A stretch of DNA of 64,000 nt from an uncultured Christensenellaceae bacterium (GTDB lineage Bacteria; Bacillota; Clostridia; Christensenellales; DTU072): contig CAYSNP010000003.1 of the NCBI GenBank assembly GCA_964432485.1, positions 20,232 to 84,231 of the forward strand. The letters are read 5' to 3'. This document shows, piece after piece, positions 55,011 to 64,000 of this stretch. The notes under the pieces were generated by a model that was not told the DNA's origin, ran no database searches, and worked only from the letters and a program-made list of their open reading frames with translations. Both the position numbers and the translations under genes were made by a program. Every line of letters starts with the position of its first letter. Position 1 is the stretch's first letter.

Positions 55011-56009
55011 ATGTATTTTTTAGGCGTATTATCAGGTATACTATCAGGTTTTGCTAATTTTTTTGGGCAAATTTTGCAGAAAAAAGCAATAAATGATATA
55101 AAAAAGCAAAAAGGTAAAATAACCTTGGTAGATTTAGTTAAGAATCCTATTTGGCTTACGGGTTTGGCTTCTATTATAGTGCTTAGCACAGTTTTTTTAG
55201 TCCTTTGCCAGCTTTGGGTAGGCCCTGCGCTTGTTCCCGGACTTGTGGCATCAGGTTTTATAGTTTTGGCAATAGGTTCTGCTAAGATTTTGGGCGAAAA
55301 ACTAAATAAAGAAGAATATCTTGCAATTGGGATGCTTATTTTAGCGGTAATTTGTCTATCATTTAGTAGACTGTCTATAGAAGGCGATACCAAATTATTT
55401 AGCAATGAGCCTTTTGTAAATAGGATTGGTATATTGAGCGGGCTTTTTATTGCAGTATGGCTGTACCTTTATTATACGGGCAAAAAAAGTGCCAACAAAA
55501 AGGCAATACTAATATCGTTAGCCGCAGGCTTTCCGTTTATTGTGGGCAATATTTGGATGCAGCCTTTTGTTATGACCGTTGGAGACTTATTTGCAGGTGC
55601 GCTCAATCCGCTTACCGTTAGGTTGCTTATTATTTCTACTATTGTAGTAGCGGTAACTAATATTGGCGGCATGATACATATGCAGACCGCAATGGCGTCA
55701 GGCAATGCAAGCATAGTGATACCTATTATGCAGATACCTCAACAGCTTTCGCCGATAGTTATTTACTTTGTACTTTATGCCTTAAAGGCACCTTACATTT
55801 ATTCTTACTTTTTGTTAGTGATAGCTATTGGGCTGGCAATTTATGCAGGCTTTTTGCTTACCCGCAGGCAAACGGAACTGGAAAAACTTATAGCAGATGA
55901 GCCAGGCCAGTTACCGGAAGCAGAGCTAATAAGTGAAGAAAAAGAAGAAAAAGAAGAAAAGGAAGAAAAGGAAGAAAAGGAAGAAAACAATGCAAACCTT
56001 AACATTTAA
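55011..56009 (+). CDS. NIPA-like (DMT superfamily) membrane transporter, paralog 2, with a C-terminal (EEK)n tail
   Basis: Roughly two-thirds identical to paralog 1 by eye. I moved the start to the ATG at 55011 (MYFLGVLSG, AGGAG RBS) to match paralog 1. Acidic tail EEKEEKEEKEEKEEKEEN. Confidence 0.5.
   Translation: MYFLGVLSGILSGFANFFGQILQKKAINDIKKQKGKITLVDLVKNPIWLTGLASIIVLSTVFLVLCQLWVGPALVPGLVASGFIVLAIGSAKILGEKLNKEEYLAIGMLILAVICLSFSRLSIEGDTKLFSNEPFVNRIGILSGLFIAVWLYLYYTGKKSANKKAILISLAAGFPFIVGNIWMQPFVMTVGDLFAGALNPLTVRLLIISTIVVAVTNIGGMIHMQTAMASGNASIVIPIMQIPQQLSPIVIYFVLYALKAPYIYSYFLLVIAIGLAIYAGFLLTRRQTELEKLIADEPGQLPEAELISEEKEEKEEKEEKEEKEENNANLNI
55935..55988 (+). repeat. six tandem 9-bp units (GAAGAAAAR)
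   Basis: gaagaaaaa x2, gaagaaaag x3, gaagaaaac x1. Encodes (EEK)6 and directly abuts the start of the next gene. Confidence 0.9.
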
Positions 56010-56946
56010 GAATCTTGATAGAGCCAAGACCGCTGAATATGTTAAAAAGATAGCAGAAGAAGGCTTTGGTCGCAAGGTACTAGCTGTCAAGTGCATGGGC
56101 GGAGGCTCTTACGGACTGGCATATAAGGTAGATTTTGAAGGAGAAAGCGTAGTAATAAAGGCTTTTAAGGCGGCAGGTATGCATATAAGCGAAGCAAGGC
56201 AGTTGCGGGAGCTTATTAAATACTGTCCTGTGCCCATACCTAAAGTACATTTTGTATTTGATGCAGTGCCCGAATTGCCTATTGACGGTATATGTATGGA
56301 GTTTATGCATGGCGAAAATGTATTTACTTACTTTCCGTTTATATTTTATTCCAGAAAAAAGAAGCAGGCTTTTGCAGAAGCAGTAGCTGATGCCCTAATT
56401 GCCTTGCATGGAAAAACTAAAGACAAATTTGGGGAGTTAGATATCACCCCTTACGAAAATTGGCTGGATTACTACCAACCTTTTGCCCACGATGTGCTAA
56501 AAGATGCCCTGGAGTTAAACCGCAATGGCGATTTGGACGAAGAAATTACCGAAATAATGGTGGAAGCCTATGATAGCTTTAGTGAGATTTTTAGTGAAAA
56601 AGTGGAAAAAGCCTCACTAATACATGGCGATTTGAATGTAATGAATATTTTTGCGGACAAAAAGAGCTTGCAGCCCACAGCTTTTATTGACCCACTAGAT
56701 TGTATGTATGCTGACAGAGAGTATGACCTCTTTCAGTTTAACAATTATTCGGGTAAGTTTTTTGGACTCTACAAGGCTTACAAGGCAAAACAGTCTACCA
56801 GCACATATTGCGATGTAAAGGTGGCATTTTACGGACTTTTTCATCAAGTGGCAATTTATATCAAGACAGGGGTACTTTTTAAGTTTATTATGAATCCTTT
56901 GCTTATCAATATGAATAAGCAGTTAAAGTTAATCAAAAGAAAATAA
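55990..56946 (+). CDS. phosphotransferase-family kinase (APH/choline-kinase fold)
   Basis: Brenner-type catalytic loop LIHGDLNVMNIF and IDPLDCMYADREYDL. I chose the start at MQTLTF (55990), because the track's poly-Lys extension is the out-of-frame reading of the 9-bp repeat. Confidence 0.65.
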   Translation: MQTLTFKNLDRAKTAEYVKKIAEEGFGRKVLAVKCMGGGSYGLAYKVDFEGESVVIKAFKAAGMHISEARQLRELIKYCPVPIPKVHFVFDAVPELPIDGICMEFMHGENVFTYFPFIFYSRKKKQAFAEAVADALIALHGKTKDKFGELDITPYENWLDYYQPFAHDVLKDALELNRNGDLDEEITEIMVEAYDSFSEIFSEKVEKASLIHGDLNVMNIFADKKSLQPTAFIDPLDCMYADREYDLFQFNNYSGKFFGLYKAYKAKQSTSTYCDVKVAFYGLFHQVAIYIKTGVLFKFIMNPLLINMNKQLKLIKRK

Positions 56947-56947
56947 T

Positions 56948-57563
56948 GGGGGCAATTATACACGCTAAAGCGTGATGAAATGCACTTGCCAAAACGCAAG
57001 TGATGAAATGCATTTGCGTTCCGCAAATGATTAAGGTGGGATTTATAAACAAGGAGCAACCCTCTGGAGTTGGATTGCCGCACTTCGTTCGCAATGACGC
57101 ACTAAAAAGTCATTGCGAGGCGCAAAAGCGACGAAGCAATCTAGGGCAATTATACACGCTAAAGCGTGATGAAATGCACTTGCCTAAATGCAAGTGATGA
57201 AATGCATTTGCGTTCCGCAAATGATTAAGGTGGGGCTTTGAGGCGGGGCTTCCGCTAGCAAGGCTTTTACCCTCTGCCGTCTTTGCAGGCGATGCGTTAA
57301 ACTGGATTGCCAGTGGCAAGCCAGTAGCGGGAGCCCACGAGCAATTGCGGGAGCAATGCGAGGGTATAAATAAGCGAAGCAATCCAGGGCAATTATACAC
57401 ACTTAAAGCGTGATGAAATGCACTTGCCAAAACGCAAGTGATGAAATGCATTTGCGTTCCGCAAATGATTAAGGTGGGGCTTTGAGGCGGGGCTTCCGCT
57501 AGCAAGGCTTTTACCCTCTGCCGCTCGCAATGACTTTTTGGGGACCGAATTGCTTCGCTTTAG
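56948..57563. repeat. complex repeat region: three direct copies of the 3-hairpin array (56948-57040, 57144-57235, 57387-57479) interleaved with GC-rich palindromic modules
   Basis: Unit: gggcaattatacacgctaaagcgtg-atgaaatg-cacttgccaaaacgcaagtg-atgaaatg-catttgcgttccgcaaatg-attaaggtgggg. A ~136-bp block at 57144-57279 repeats at 57387-57523. Palindrome ggattgccgcacttcgttcgcaatgac / gtcattgcgaggcg..cgaagcaatc. Confidence 0.85.
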
Positions 57564-57572
57564 GTAAATACC

Positions 57573-58046
57573 CTAACTTTCGTATTTTTCTACTTTAATA
57601 CCTGCTTCGCCAAACATTTGCATAGAAAATTCGTCAGGGTATCCTTGTTCAAATACTACTCTTTGAATACCGCTGTTTATTATCATTTTTGCGCATATTG
57701 AGCAAGGTTGATGGGTGCAATACATTGTAGCATCCTGTAGGCTTATACCCAACTTTGCCGCTTGTATTATAGCATTTTGTTCAGCGTGTACCGCATAGCA
57801 AACCTCTTGCATAGTGCCGCTTTTTATCCCTCTTTTTATCCTTATGCACTCTTGCCTTTCCTTGCAACTGGTAACGCCGCTGGGCGCACCGTTATAGCCG
57901 GTAGTAAGGATTCTTTTATTGCGCACTACTATTGCGCCAATTTGCCTGTCATCTTTATAGCAAGAAGACCAAGTAGCTACCAACTTAGCCATTTGCATAA
58001 ATCTGCTATCCCATTTATCCCTGTTTTCCATTAAGTGCTTCTCCAT
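57573..58046 (-). CDS. comEB: dCMP deaminase (ComEB-like)
   Basis: HAEQNAI and PCSICAKMI zinc motifs, 157 aa. An alternative start at 58031 has a better GGAG spacing. Confidence 0.85.
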   Translation of the reverse strand: MEKHLMENRDKWDSRFMQMAKLVATWSSCYKDDRQIGAIVVRNKRILTTGYNGAPSGVTSCKERQECIRIKRGIKSGTMQEVCYAVHAEQNAIIQAAKLGISLQDATMYCTHQPCSICAKMIINSGIQRVVFEQGYPDEFSMQMFGEAGIKVEKYES

Positions 58047-58063
58047 TTTTATGCTACTTGCAA

Positions 58064-59593
58064 CTATTTCTTTTTACAGCCCGCTTTGTCCATAAACTTT
58101 AAGAATGCAGCTTGCCCTTCTTTATTATTCTTAAAAACAGCAGTACACTCCAAAATCTTTCTGCATGTGTCATTGATATATTCAGTAATTGCCTTATTGG
58201 CATCCTCGCCGGAAAGTTTGCAGCCGTTGTCACTTGCCAGCTGTACAATCATATTGAAATGCTTTTCAAGCATAGCATCTTGGCTTAACGCCTTAAAATC
58301 CAAAGGTTTGCTGCCTTGCAAAATAGCTGTAATTTGCTTCATTTCTTCATTTAATCTGCCGGGCAAAATAAATATGCCCATAGCTTCAATTAGCCCAATC
58401 CCTTCCTTTTTTATATTGTGCATATCCTCTGTAGGATGAAAAATACCATAAGGATGCTTGTCATCCGTGCGGTTATTGCGTAAGATTAGGTCTAATATAT
58501 ACTTTTTATTGTTAATGCTGGCAATAGGAGTAACGGTATTATGAGGCATTTGCCCAGAAGAAGCTATTATATTTACGCTTTCATCTGAGTAATCTTTCCA
58601 AAAGTCCAAAAAATAGCTGGCGCAGCTTAGAAGCTCCTCGCTATCAACAGAGGATAGGCGCACCACACTATTATACCAATCCAGCAAATGCAGCTGCACA
58701 TTAGGAAAGTCCTTATGCACAAAATCAGCTTTTGCAGAGCGTTTTAACATAGGCAGTCCTTTGCCGCCTCCTTGAAAATGCTCATGTGAAAGAATGCTCC
58801 CGCCCACAATAGGCAGTGCCGCATTGCTGCCGCAAAAAAAGTGGGGGAACAGCTTAACAAAGTCAAGCAGCTCAATAAAGGTGTCCGTGCCTACTACCAT
58901 AGGTCTATGCTCTGCGGTAAGCACTATAATATGGTCTTTGTAATATACATAAGGTGAGTATTGCAAATACCATTTTTCGTCATTGAGAAAAAGCGGAATA
59001 ATACGCAAGGCATGTCTTGGAGGGCGAGTTAAGGTACCCTTAAAGCCCATATTGGTAGGACAAAGTAAGCATTTTGGATAACCCGAGCTATCTTTAGCTT
59101 CTCTTTCTATCAGCTTTGCATCTTTTTCAGGCTTGGCTAAATTAATGGTAATAATCAAATCGCCCAGCTCTCCCGGAGCAGTCCATTTTATATTTTTTTC
59201 TATATCTTCGGCTCGGATATAGTTGCTGGCAATAGATATTTCTCTTAAATAATCAGTTGCCGCTTGTGTGCCTTCCCGAGCAGAAATAAAGTCAAATTCA
59301 CCAATAACAGCACTTGGCGCAGGGGTCACCAGCCCCATTATTTTACTTTCAAAAAGCAGTCGCTCTTCTTCCGTAATAAGTCCTGAACTAATAGCTAATC
59401 CAGCAAGCGGAGTAAGAATCTCGCTTTGCAATTCTGCTAAGTCACTACTTGCCTGCCCAGGCTCATTTATAGAAAATAAATCTAGCAAATTGTTTCGGGC
59501 AAGTATAGCATCTTCTTCGGATAAAAAGAGTTTAACTGTAGCATAAAAGAGTAATGACTCTATCAGAGCGGCTATGGTTGCTTTATTATTCAT
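58064..59593 (-). CDS. galT: UDP-glucose--hexose-1-phosphate uridylyltransferase (long, Firmicute-type GalT)
   Basis: 509 aa. GYPKCLLCPTNMGFKG...PPRHALRIIPL.L..E.W.LQYSPY.YY..H.IVL...H.PM is typical of type-2 GalT. Divergent from galK. Confidence 0.8.
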   Translation of the reverse strand: MNNKATIAALIESLLFYATVKLFLSEEDAILARNNLLDLFSINEPGQASSDLAELQSEILTPLAGLAISSGLITEEERLLFESKIMGLVTPAPSAVIGEFDFISAREGTQAATDYLREISIASNYIRAEDIEKNIKWTAPGELGDLIITINLAKPEKDAKLIEREAKDSSGYPKCLLCPTNMGFKGTLTRPPRHALRIIPLFLNDEKWYLQYSPYVYYKDHIIVLTAEHRPMVVGTDTFIELLDFVKLFPHFFCGSNAALPIVGGSILSHEHFQGGGKGLPMLKRSAKADFVHKDFPNVQLHLLDWYNSVVRLSSVDSEELLSCASYFLDFWKDYSDESVNIIASSGQMPHNTVTPIASINNKKYILDLILRNNRTDDKHPYGIFHPTEDMHNIKKEGIGLIEAMGIFILPGRLNEEMKQITAILQGSKPLDFKALSQDAMLEKHFNMIVQLASDNGCKLSGEDANKAITEYINDTCRKILECTAVFKNNKEGQAAFLKFMDKAGCKKK

Positions 59594-59736
59594 ATAATAT
59601 TCCTTTTTCCAGATTTGCCATTAATAAAATCTAACTAAAAATCTTTATCCCTTTGCGTTTGAAATGAATCTATGATACAATACCCTTATCTAAATCCTAA
59701 CTGTTAATATTGTTATTATACAATAAAGGCATAAAT

Positions 59737-60999
59737 ATGGCAAGAGTAAAATATACAAATTTTTCTTTCGATAAGGACAATTTTGCTAAAGGGACAGTTG
59801 GCTTATATGCTGAGAGCGCCGCTTTTCAAGCAAAGCGGGCAGAGTTGCTTTTTAAGACTCATACCTTAAAATATGGAGAATCTCCTATATTTTACTCCAG
59901 TCCGGGCAGAATAGAAATCATAGGCAATCATACAGACCACAATCATGGCAAGGTGTTGTGTGCGGCTATATCGCTGGATACTTTAGCCGCAGTTAGCCCT
60001 ACAAAAGATAACAAAGTTGAAATATATAGCAAGGGCTATCCGCCTGTTGCGGCAGATTTGGCGGATTGCAATATAAAGGAAGAGGAAAAGGGCACAAGTA
60101 CTGCTTTAGTTCGAGGAGTGGCTAAAGCCTTTACCTGCAGGGGGCATAAGGTAGGCGGTTTTGCAGCTACTACCGTTAGCAATATATTCAAAGGTGCGGG
60201 AGTAAGCAGCTCTGCCGCTTTTGAACTGCTTGTGGCAGAGATTTTTAATGATTTATACAACAATGGCAAGGTATCTCCGCTAGAAAAAGCTATTTGTTCC
60301 CAATATGCCGAAAATAATTACTTTGGCAAACCTTCGGGGCTAATGGATCAGTGCGCAATTGCTTTTGGCGGGGCAAGCTGGATTGATTTTAAGCACTTGG
60401 ACAACCCTACAATTAAAAAGACAAAGTGGCTCTTTGACGAGCTGGCTATTGTTATTGTCAATTGCGGCGGCGACCATGCCAATCTTACTCCTCATTATGC
60501 AGAAATCAGAGAGGATATGGAAAAGATTGCCCTCCACTTTGGGACAAGCACCCTGCGGGCAGTTAATAAGCAAGAGTTTGCCGCAAATATTAAGCAATTG
60601 GCAAACTTATATAGCGAAAGAGCGGTTCTGCGAGCCATTCATTTCTTTGAAGAAAACGCCAGAGTAGATGCTGCAAGGCAAGCTATGGCAAGGGCGGATA
60701 AGGATACTTTTTGCGCCCTTATCAATCAAAGCGGGGATAGCTCTTACAAACTGTTGCAAAATTGCTATCCTGCCGGAGAAGCAAGGCAGCCTATTCCGCT
60801 TGCGCTTGCTCTTTGCTCACAGCTTGCAGGCATAAGAGCTTGTAGAGTGCATGGCGGAGGGTTTGCCGGCACTATCCTTAATTTTGTAGATAAGGAAAAA
60901 GAGCATATATTTATTAAAAAGGCGCATAAATTATTTGGAAAAGACAATGTTTTTGCCTTGCAAATAAGAGATAAAGGGACTTGTAGATTGGAGGTATAA
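59737..60999 (+). CDS. galK: galactokinase (GHMP kinase family)
   Basis: GRIEIIGNHTDHNHG galactokinase-type motif and GHMP ATP loop GAGVSSSAAFE. ATG at 59737 preferred over the TTG in the ORF track. Confidence 0.8.
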   Translation: MARVKYTNFSFDKDNFAKGTVGLYAESAAFQAKRAELLFKTHTLKYGESPIFYSSPGRIEIIGNHTDHNHGKVLCAAISLDTLAAVSPTKDNKVEIYSKGYPPVAADLADCNIKEEEKGTSTALVRGVAKAFTCRGHKVGGFAATTVSNIFKGAGVSSSAAFELLVAEIFNDLYNNGKVSPLEKAICSQYAENNYFGKPSGLMDQCAIAFGGASWIDFKHLDNPTIKKTKWLFDELAIVIVNCGGDHANLTPHYAEIREDMEKIALHFGTSTLRAVNKQEFAANIKQLANLYSERAVLRAIHFFEENARVDAARQAMARADKDTFCALINQSGDSSYKLLQNCYPAGEARQPIPLALALCSQLAGIRACRVHGGGFAGTILNFVDKEKEHIFIKKAHKLFGKDNVFALQIRDKGTCRLEV

Positions 61000-61002
61000 C
61001 TT

Positions 61003-61866
61003 ATGCATTGGACAGGCAAAGTGCAACCTATCGCTTTTACCGTATTTGGTTTAGATGTGGCTTGGTATGGCATTATTATGACAGGCGCAATATTGATAGG
61101 TATGTTTTTAAGTATCAAAAGATGCGAAAAAATCAAGATGACTACCGATGACTTTTTAGAGATTTTTTTGTTTGCAGTTCCGCTTGCTGTGGTGTGCGGC
61201 AGATTGGGATGGATTATCTATCAAGCAAAAGAGTATTTTGTCCCCAATTTTGGCTGGAGCGACTTTGTGCATATGATAGCTGTTTGGGAAGGCGGTATCA
61301 CCGTGGTGGGTGCTATCCCGGGCGGCGCAATAGGGCTTTATTTATGGTGCAGATACAGAAAAGTGGACTTTATAACGCTGGCAGACCAAATAATGCCGCT
61401 ACTTTTAATAGGTCAGGCAATAGGGCGTTGGGGCAACTTCTTTAATCAGGAAATCTATGGCCCTGTTGTTGCCAATCCTAAATTGCAGGTCTTTCCCTAT
61501 GCTGTGTATATCACGCATACAGGCGAGTTTCACAATGCATTATTTTTCTACGAAAGTATGCTAACCCTTATCAGCTTTTTTATATTGCTGTATGTTATGC
61601 GACGCTTTACAATGCGTTATAACGGTATTTTGCTTTATTCAGGCACTTACTCTTTTATTAGATTTGTAATGGAGTTTTTGCGGCTGGATTTTGCAGATTA
61701 CCCGGTAGACCCCTTGCAAATTGCAATGTTTTTAGTTTCGGCAACCTGTTGGACACTCCTTGTTTTGCAAATCAGAAAAGCTAAAGCGGCAGGCAAAAAG
61801 GTATGGTATAAGGATGGCATACCGCTAAAACTGTATACCAATGCTAAAAAGGCATATGTAGATTAA
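61003..61866 (+). CDS. lgt: prolipoprotein diacylglyceryl transferase
   Basis: GRWGNFFNQEIYG signature, about 7 TM helices, 287 aa. Confidence 0.88.
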   Translation: MHWTGKVQPIAFTVFGLDVAWYGIIMTGAILIGMFLSIKRCEKIKMTTDDFLEIFLFAVPLAVVCGRLGWIIYQAKEYFVPNFGWSDFVHMIAVWEGGITVVGAIPGGAIGLYLWCRYRKVDFITLADQIMPLLLIGQAIGRWGNFFNQEIYGPVVANPKLQVFPYAVYITHTGEFHNALFFYESMLTLISFFILLYVMRRFTMRYNGILLYSGTYSFIRFVMEFLRLDFADYPVDPLQIAMFLVSATCWTLLVLQIRKAKAAGKKVWYKDGIPLKLYTNAKKAYVD

Positions 61867-61874
61867 GGCGCAAA

Positions 61875-63314
61875 ATGATTGATTGCAGCAACTTAACTTT
61901 ATTAACAGACCTTTATCAGCTCACTATGATGAACGGTTACCTTCAATGCGGCAAAGCAGATGAGGTAGCAACCTTTGACTTGTTTTATCGTAAAAACGGT
62001 AAAGATTTTGCGGTAGCGGCAGGGCTGGAACAGGCAATAGATTATATTAACAATCTTAAATTTGAGGAAAAGGATATAGCATATCTTGCAGGCCTTAATC
62101 TTTTCCCCACCAATTTCTTTGACAGCCTACGCTCTTTTAAGTTTACAGGCAGTATAAGAGCGGTACAAGAGGGCGAAATTATCTTTCCGCAAGAGCCTAT
62201 ATTGACAGTAACAGCAAGGCTGTTTGAGGCGCAACTAGTAGAAACAGCACTTTTGAATATCCTTAATCACCAAACCCTTATAGCAACTAAAGCGTTTAGG
62301 ATAGTCAGCGAGGCAAGAGGAGCGGTAGCGGAGTTTGGCTTGCGCAGAGCGCAAGGCCCTGATGCCGGCTTATACGGTGCGCGTGCCGCTATGATAGCAG
62401 GTTGTGCGGCTACCAGTAATGTGCTTGCTGGCAAAAAGTTCGAAGTTAAGGTTACGGGCACTCATGCGCACAGTTGGGTAATGAGTTTTGACAATGAGCT
62501 GCAAGCCTTTATGGCTTATGCAGACGCTTATCCCGATAGCTGTCTTTTGTTAGTAGATACCTATGACACCTTAAAGAGCGGCGTCCCCAATGCTATTAAA
62601 GTATTTGATTACCTTGTAGCCAAAGGACACTCCCCGGTTGGCATCCGTCTGGATAGCGGCGACCTTGCATACTTATCCAAACAAGCAAGAGCAATGTTGG
62701 ATGCGGCAGGGCATACAAGCGTTAAGATATATGCAAGCGGGGATATAGATGAGGAAATTTTGCGTTCCCTTTATTTGCAAGGCGCAAAGATAGATGTATG
62801 GGGCATAGGCACAAAGCTAATCACTTCTTACGACAATCCATCTTTAGGCGGCGTATACAAAATGAGCGCCACTTATGCAAATGGCGTGGAATCACCTAAA
62901 ATGAAAGTTTCTGACGCTATTGATAAAATCACCAATCCGGGCAATAAAACTACATATAGGATTTATGACGAGCACGGTTTTGCCGCTGCTGATTTAATAG
63001 CTCTTAGAAGCGAGCATTTTGACACTTCCCAACCGCTTACAATCTTTCATCCCATAGAAACATATAAGAAAAAGACCTTTGAAACTTACTCCATGCGTGA
63101 TTTAATGATAGATGTTTTTAAGGATGGCAAGCAAGTTTACTTTTCTCCTTCGATAAAAGAGATAGCAGAGTATCACACTAAAGTTAAAGCGGAGTTTTAT
63201 GAAGAAAATATCAGGATAACCAATCCGCATATCTATAAGGTAGACCTTTCCGACGGGCTCTATGAGCTAAAAAATAGGTTAATTCACCAAGCTAGCCAAA
63301 ATATAAAAAACTAA
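61875..63314 (+). CDS. pncB: nicotinate phosphoribosyltransferase
   Basis: LLTDLYQLTMMNGY start, GTHAHSWVM and RLDSGDL motifs, 479 aa. Confidence 0.88.
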   Translation: MIDCSNLTLLTDLYQLTMMNGYLQCGKADEVATFDLFYRKNGKDFAVAAGLEQAIDYINNLKFEEKDIAYLAGLNLFPTNFFDSLRSFKFTGSIRAVQEGEIIFPQEPILTVTARLFEAQLVETALLNILNHQTLIATKAFRIVSEARGAVAEFGLRRAQGPDAGLYGARAAMIAGCAATSNVLAGKKFEVKVTGTHAHSWVMSFDNELQAFMAYADAYPDSCLLLVDTYDTLKSGVPNAIKVFDYLVAKGHSPVGIRLDSGDLAYLSKQARAMLDAAGHTSVKIYASGDIDEEILRSLYLQGAKIDVWGIGTKLITSYDNPSLGGVYKMSATYANGVESPKMKVSDAIDKITNPGNKTTYRIYDEHGFAAADLIALRSEHFDTSQPLTIFHPIETYKKKTFETYSMRDLMIDVFKDGKQVYFSPSIKEIAEYHTKVKAEFYEENIRITNPHIYKVDLSDGLYELKNRLIHQASQNIKN

Positions 63315-63385
63315 TACGACAAAAAAGGTCAATATAATTTGCAATTAGCCCGTTTAATTTATTTTATTCGGGTTATAATTTTGCT

Positions 63386-63985
63386 ATGAAAAGGCTATTT
63401 GCAAGATTTAGAAAAAGCAAAGAAGACGAGCGGGCGGGCGACCTTGCTGTTATGCGTGAACAAGTGATGCGCATTCAGGAGCTAAAGCGAGAAAATGCAG
63501 ACCTGTTGGCAAGAATAGAGGATTATAAAAAGAAAGAAGAAAGCATTGTCGGCGCTATTAATTTTGCGCAAAAGGAAACCGAAAGACTGCTTAAAGAAAG
63601 CAAGGACAGATATGCGCTTGAAGCGGAAAGGCTAAAGAGCTTTCGAGCTAAATGGGTAGGTTATGTAGGGGTAGTTCAAAACAATGGTAAACTTGCGCAA
63701 GAGTTTGAGGAAAGCAATCGGGTCTTGAAGGAATGTCAAGCGGAGTTAGAGGAAATGATTTATAAAGATTTGATGGGCTCTAACCCTATAGACGAGGTTA
63801 AGCAAGACTACTTGCAAGAGCGAGCCCGGATCGATGCGGAACCCAGCCTTGATTACAAGCAAATACTAAAAAATGAGCGGCCTGCCGAAGCTCTTACCAT
63901 AGATATCAAGCCTCCAAATGAAGAAAAAATGAGCGAAAATGAGCTTAGCCAGCTTATTAAGCAAATAAAAATAGATGACAAATAG
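63386..63985 (+). CDS. coiled-coil protein, possibly DivIVA-domain related
   Basis: Heptad-rich sequence. KKKEESIVGAINFAQKETERLL resembles the DivIVA central segment (E.....L..AQ..A). The assignment is weak. Confidence 0.35.
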   Translation: MKRLFARFRKSKEDERAGDLAVMREQVMRIQELKRENADLLARIEDYKKKEESIVGAINFAQKETERLLKESKDRYALEAERLKSFRAKWVGYVGVVQNNGKLAQEFEESNRVLKECQAELEEMIYKDLMGSNPIDEVKQDYLQERARIDAEPSLDYKQILKNERPAEALTIDIKPPNEEKMSENELSQLIKQIKIDDK

Positions 63986-64000
63986 GCCAATCTTTATATT

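Noticed and set aside
53933-55405. Long minus-strand ORFs 53933..54541 and 54974..55405, which are similar to each other
   Set aside because: They are antisense shadows of the two paralogous NIPA-like genes. Their mutual similarity simply reflects the sense-strand paralogy.
55933-55989. Poly-lysine N-terminal extension (MKKKKKKKKRKKRKKRKKT) of the kinase ORF
   Set aside because: It is the out-of-frame reading of the GAAGAAAAR repeat that encodes the (EEK)n tail of the upstream gene. The kinase fold starts at MQTLTF (55990).

Overview
The window looks like a low-GC Firmicutes/Clostridia-type chromosomal segment. This is inferred from gene content: a cwlD-like amidase, nfeD-floA, a long-form galT, secA-prfB, and rpmG-secE-nusG-rplKAJL. 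Most of it is housekeeping: glnS (3' part), acpP, the ribosomal/secretion cluster, tsaD, prfB, secA, a phosphohexomutase, a four-subunit 2-oxoacid:ferredoxin oxidoreductase, eno, fba, rsmI, sua5/tsaC, comEB, galT/galK, lgt and pncB. I saw no rRNA, tRNA or CRISPR array.

Five things are not ordinary:
1. At 1.0-8.0 kb, ten co-oriented genes with no product I can name. Seven share a roughly 30-aa Pro/Val/Gln motif (core VQP-x-[AS]-[LM]-VPY-x-x-Q-x-Q). The motif occurs alone in three 72-73 aa proteins and one 125 aa protein, behind a double zinc ribbon, or fused to a multi-pass membrane domain. These genes are interleaved with motif-less membrane proteins. This is my best candidate for an undescribed system.
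2. A 559-bp internally deleted IS5-like element with 19-bp inverted repeats and a TTAA duplication, inserted exactly at the nusG stop codon.
3. A repeat family made of arrays of different short hairpins joined by a constant ~8-nt linker (12.4 kb, 21.4 kb, three copies at 57 kb), embedded in GC-rich palindromic modules.
4. A type I R-M island (29.0-35.6 kb) with an extra solitary half-size hsdS, a repeat-flanked consensus promoter, and a 12-bp tandem repeat in the hsdS central spacer.
5. An ABC-type operon (39.7-47.7 kb) ending in two tandem 914/917-aa Big_2-containing proteins. Their 5' ~1.4 kb appears nucleotide-identical, while their 3' halves are only about half identical at protein level.

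All calls rest on reading the sequence and ORF translations by eye. No database search was run.
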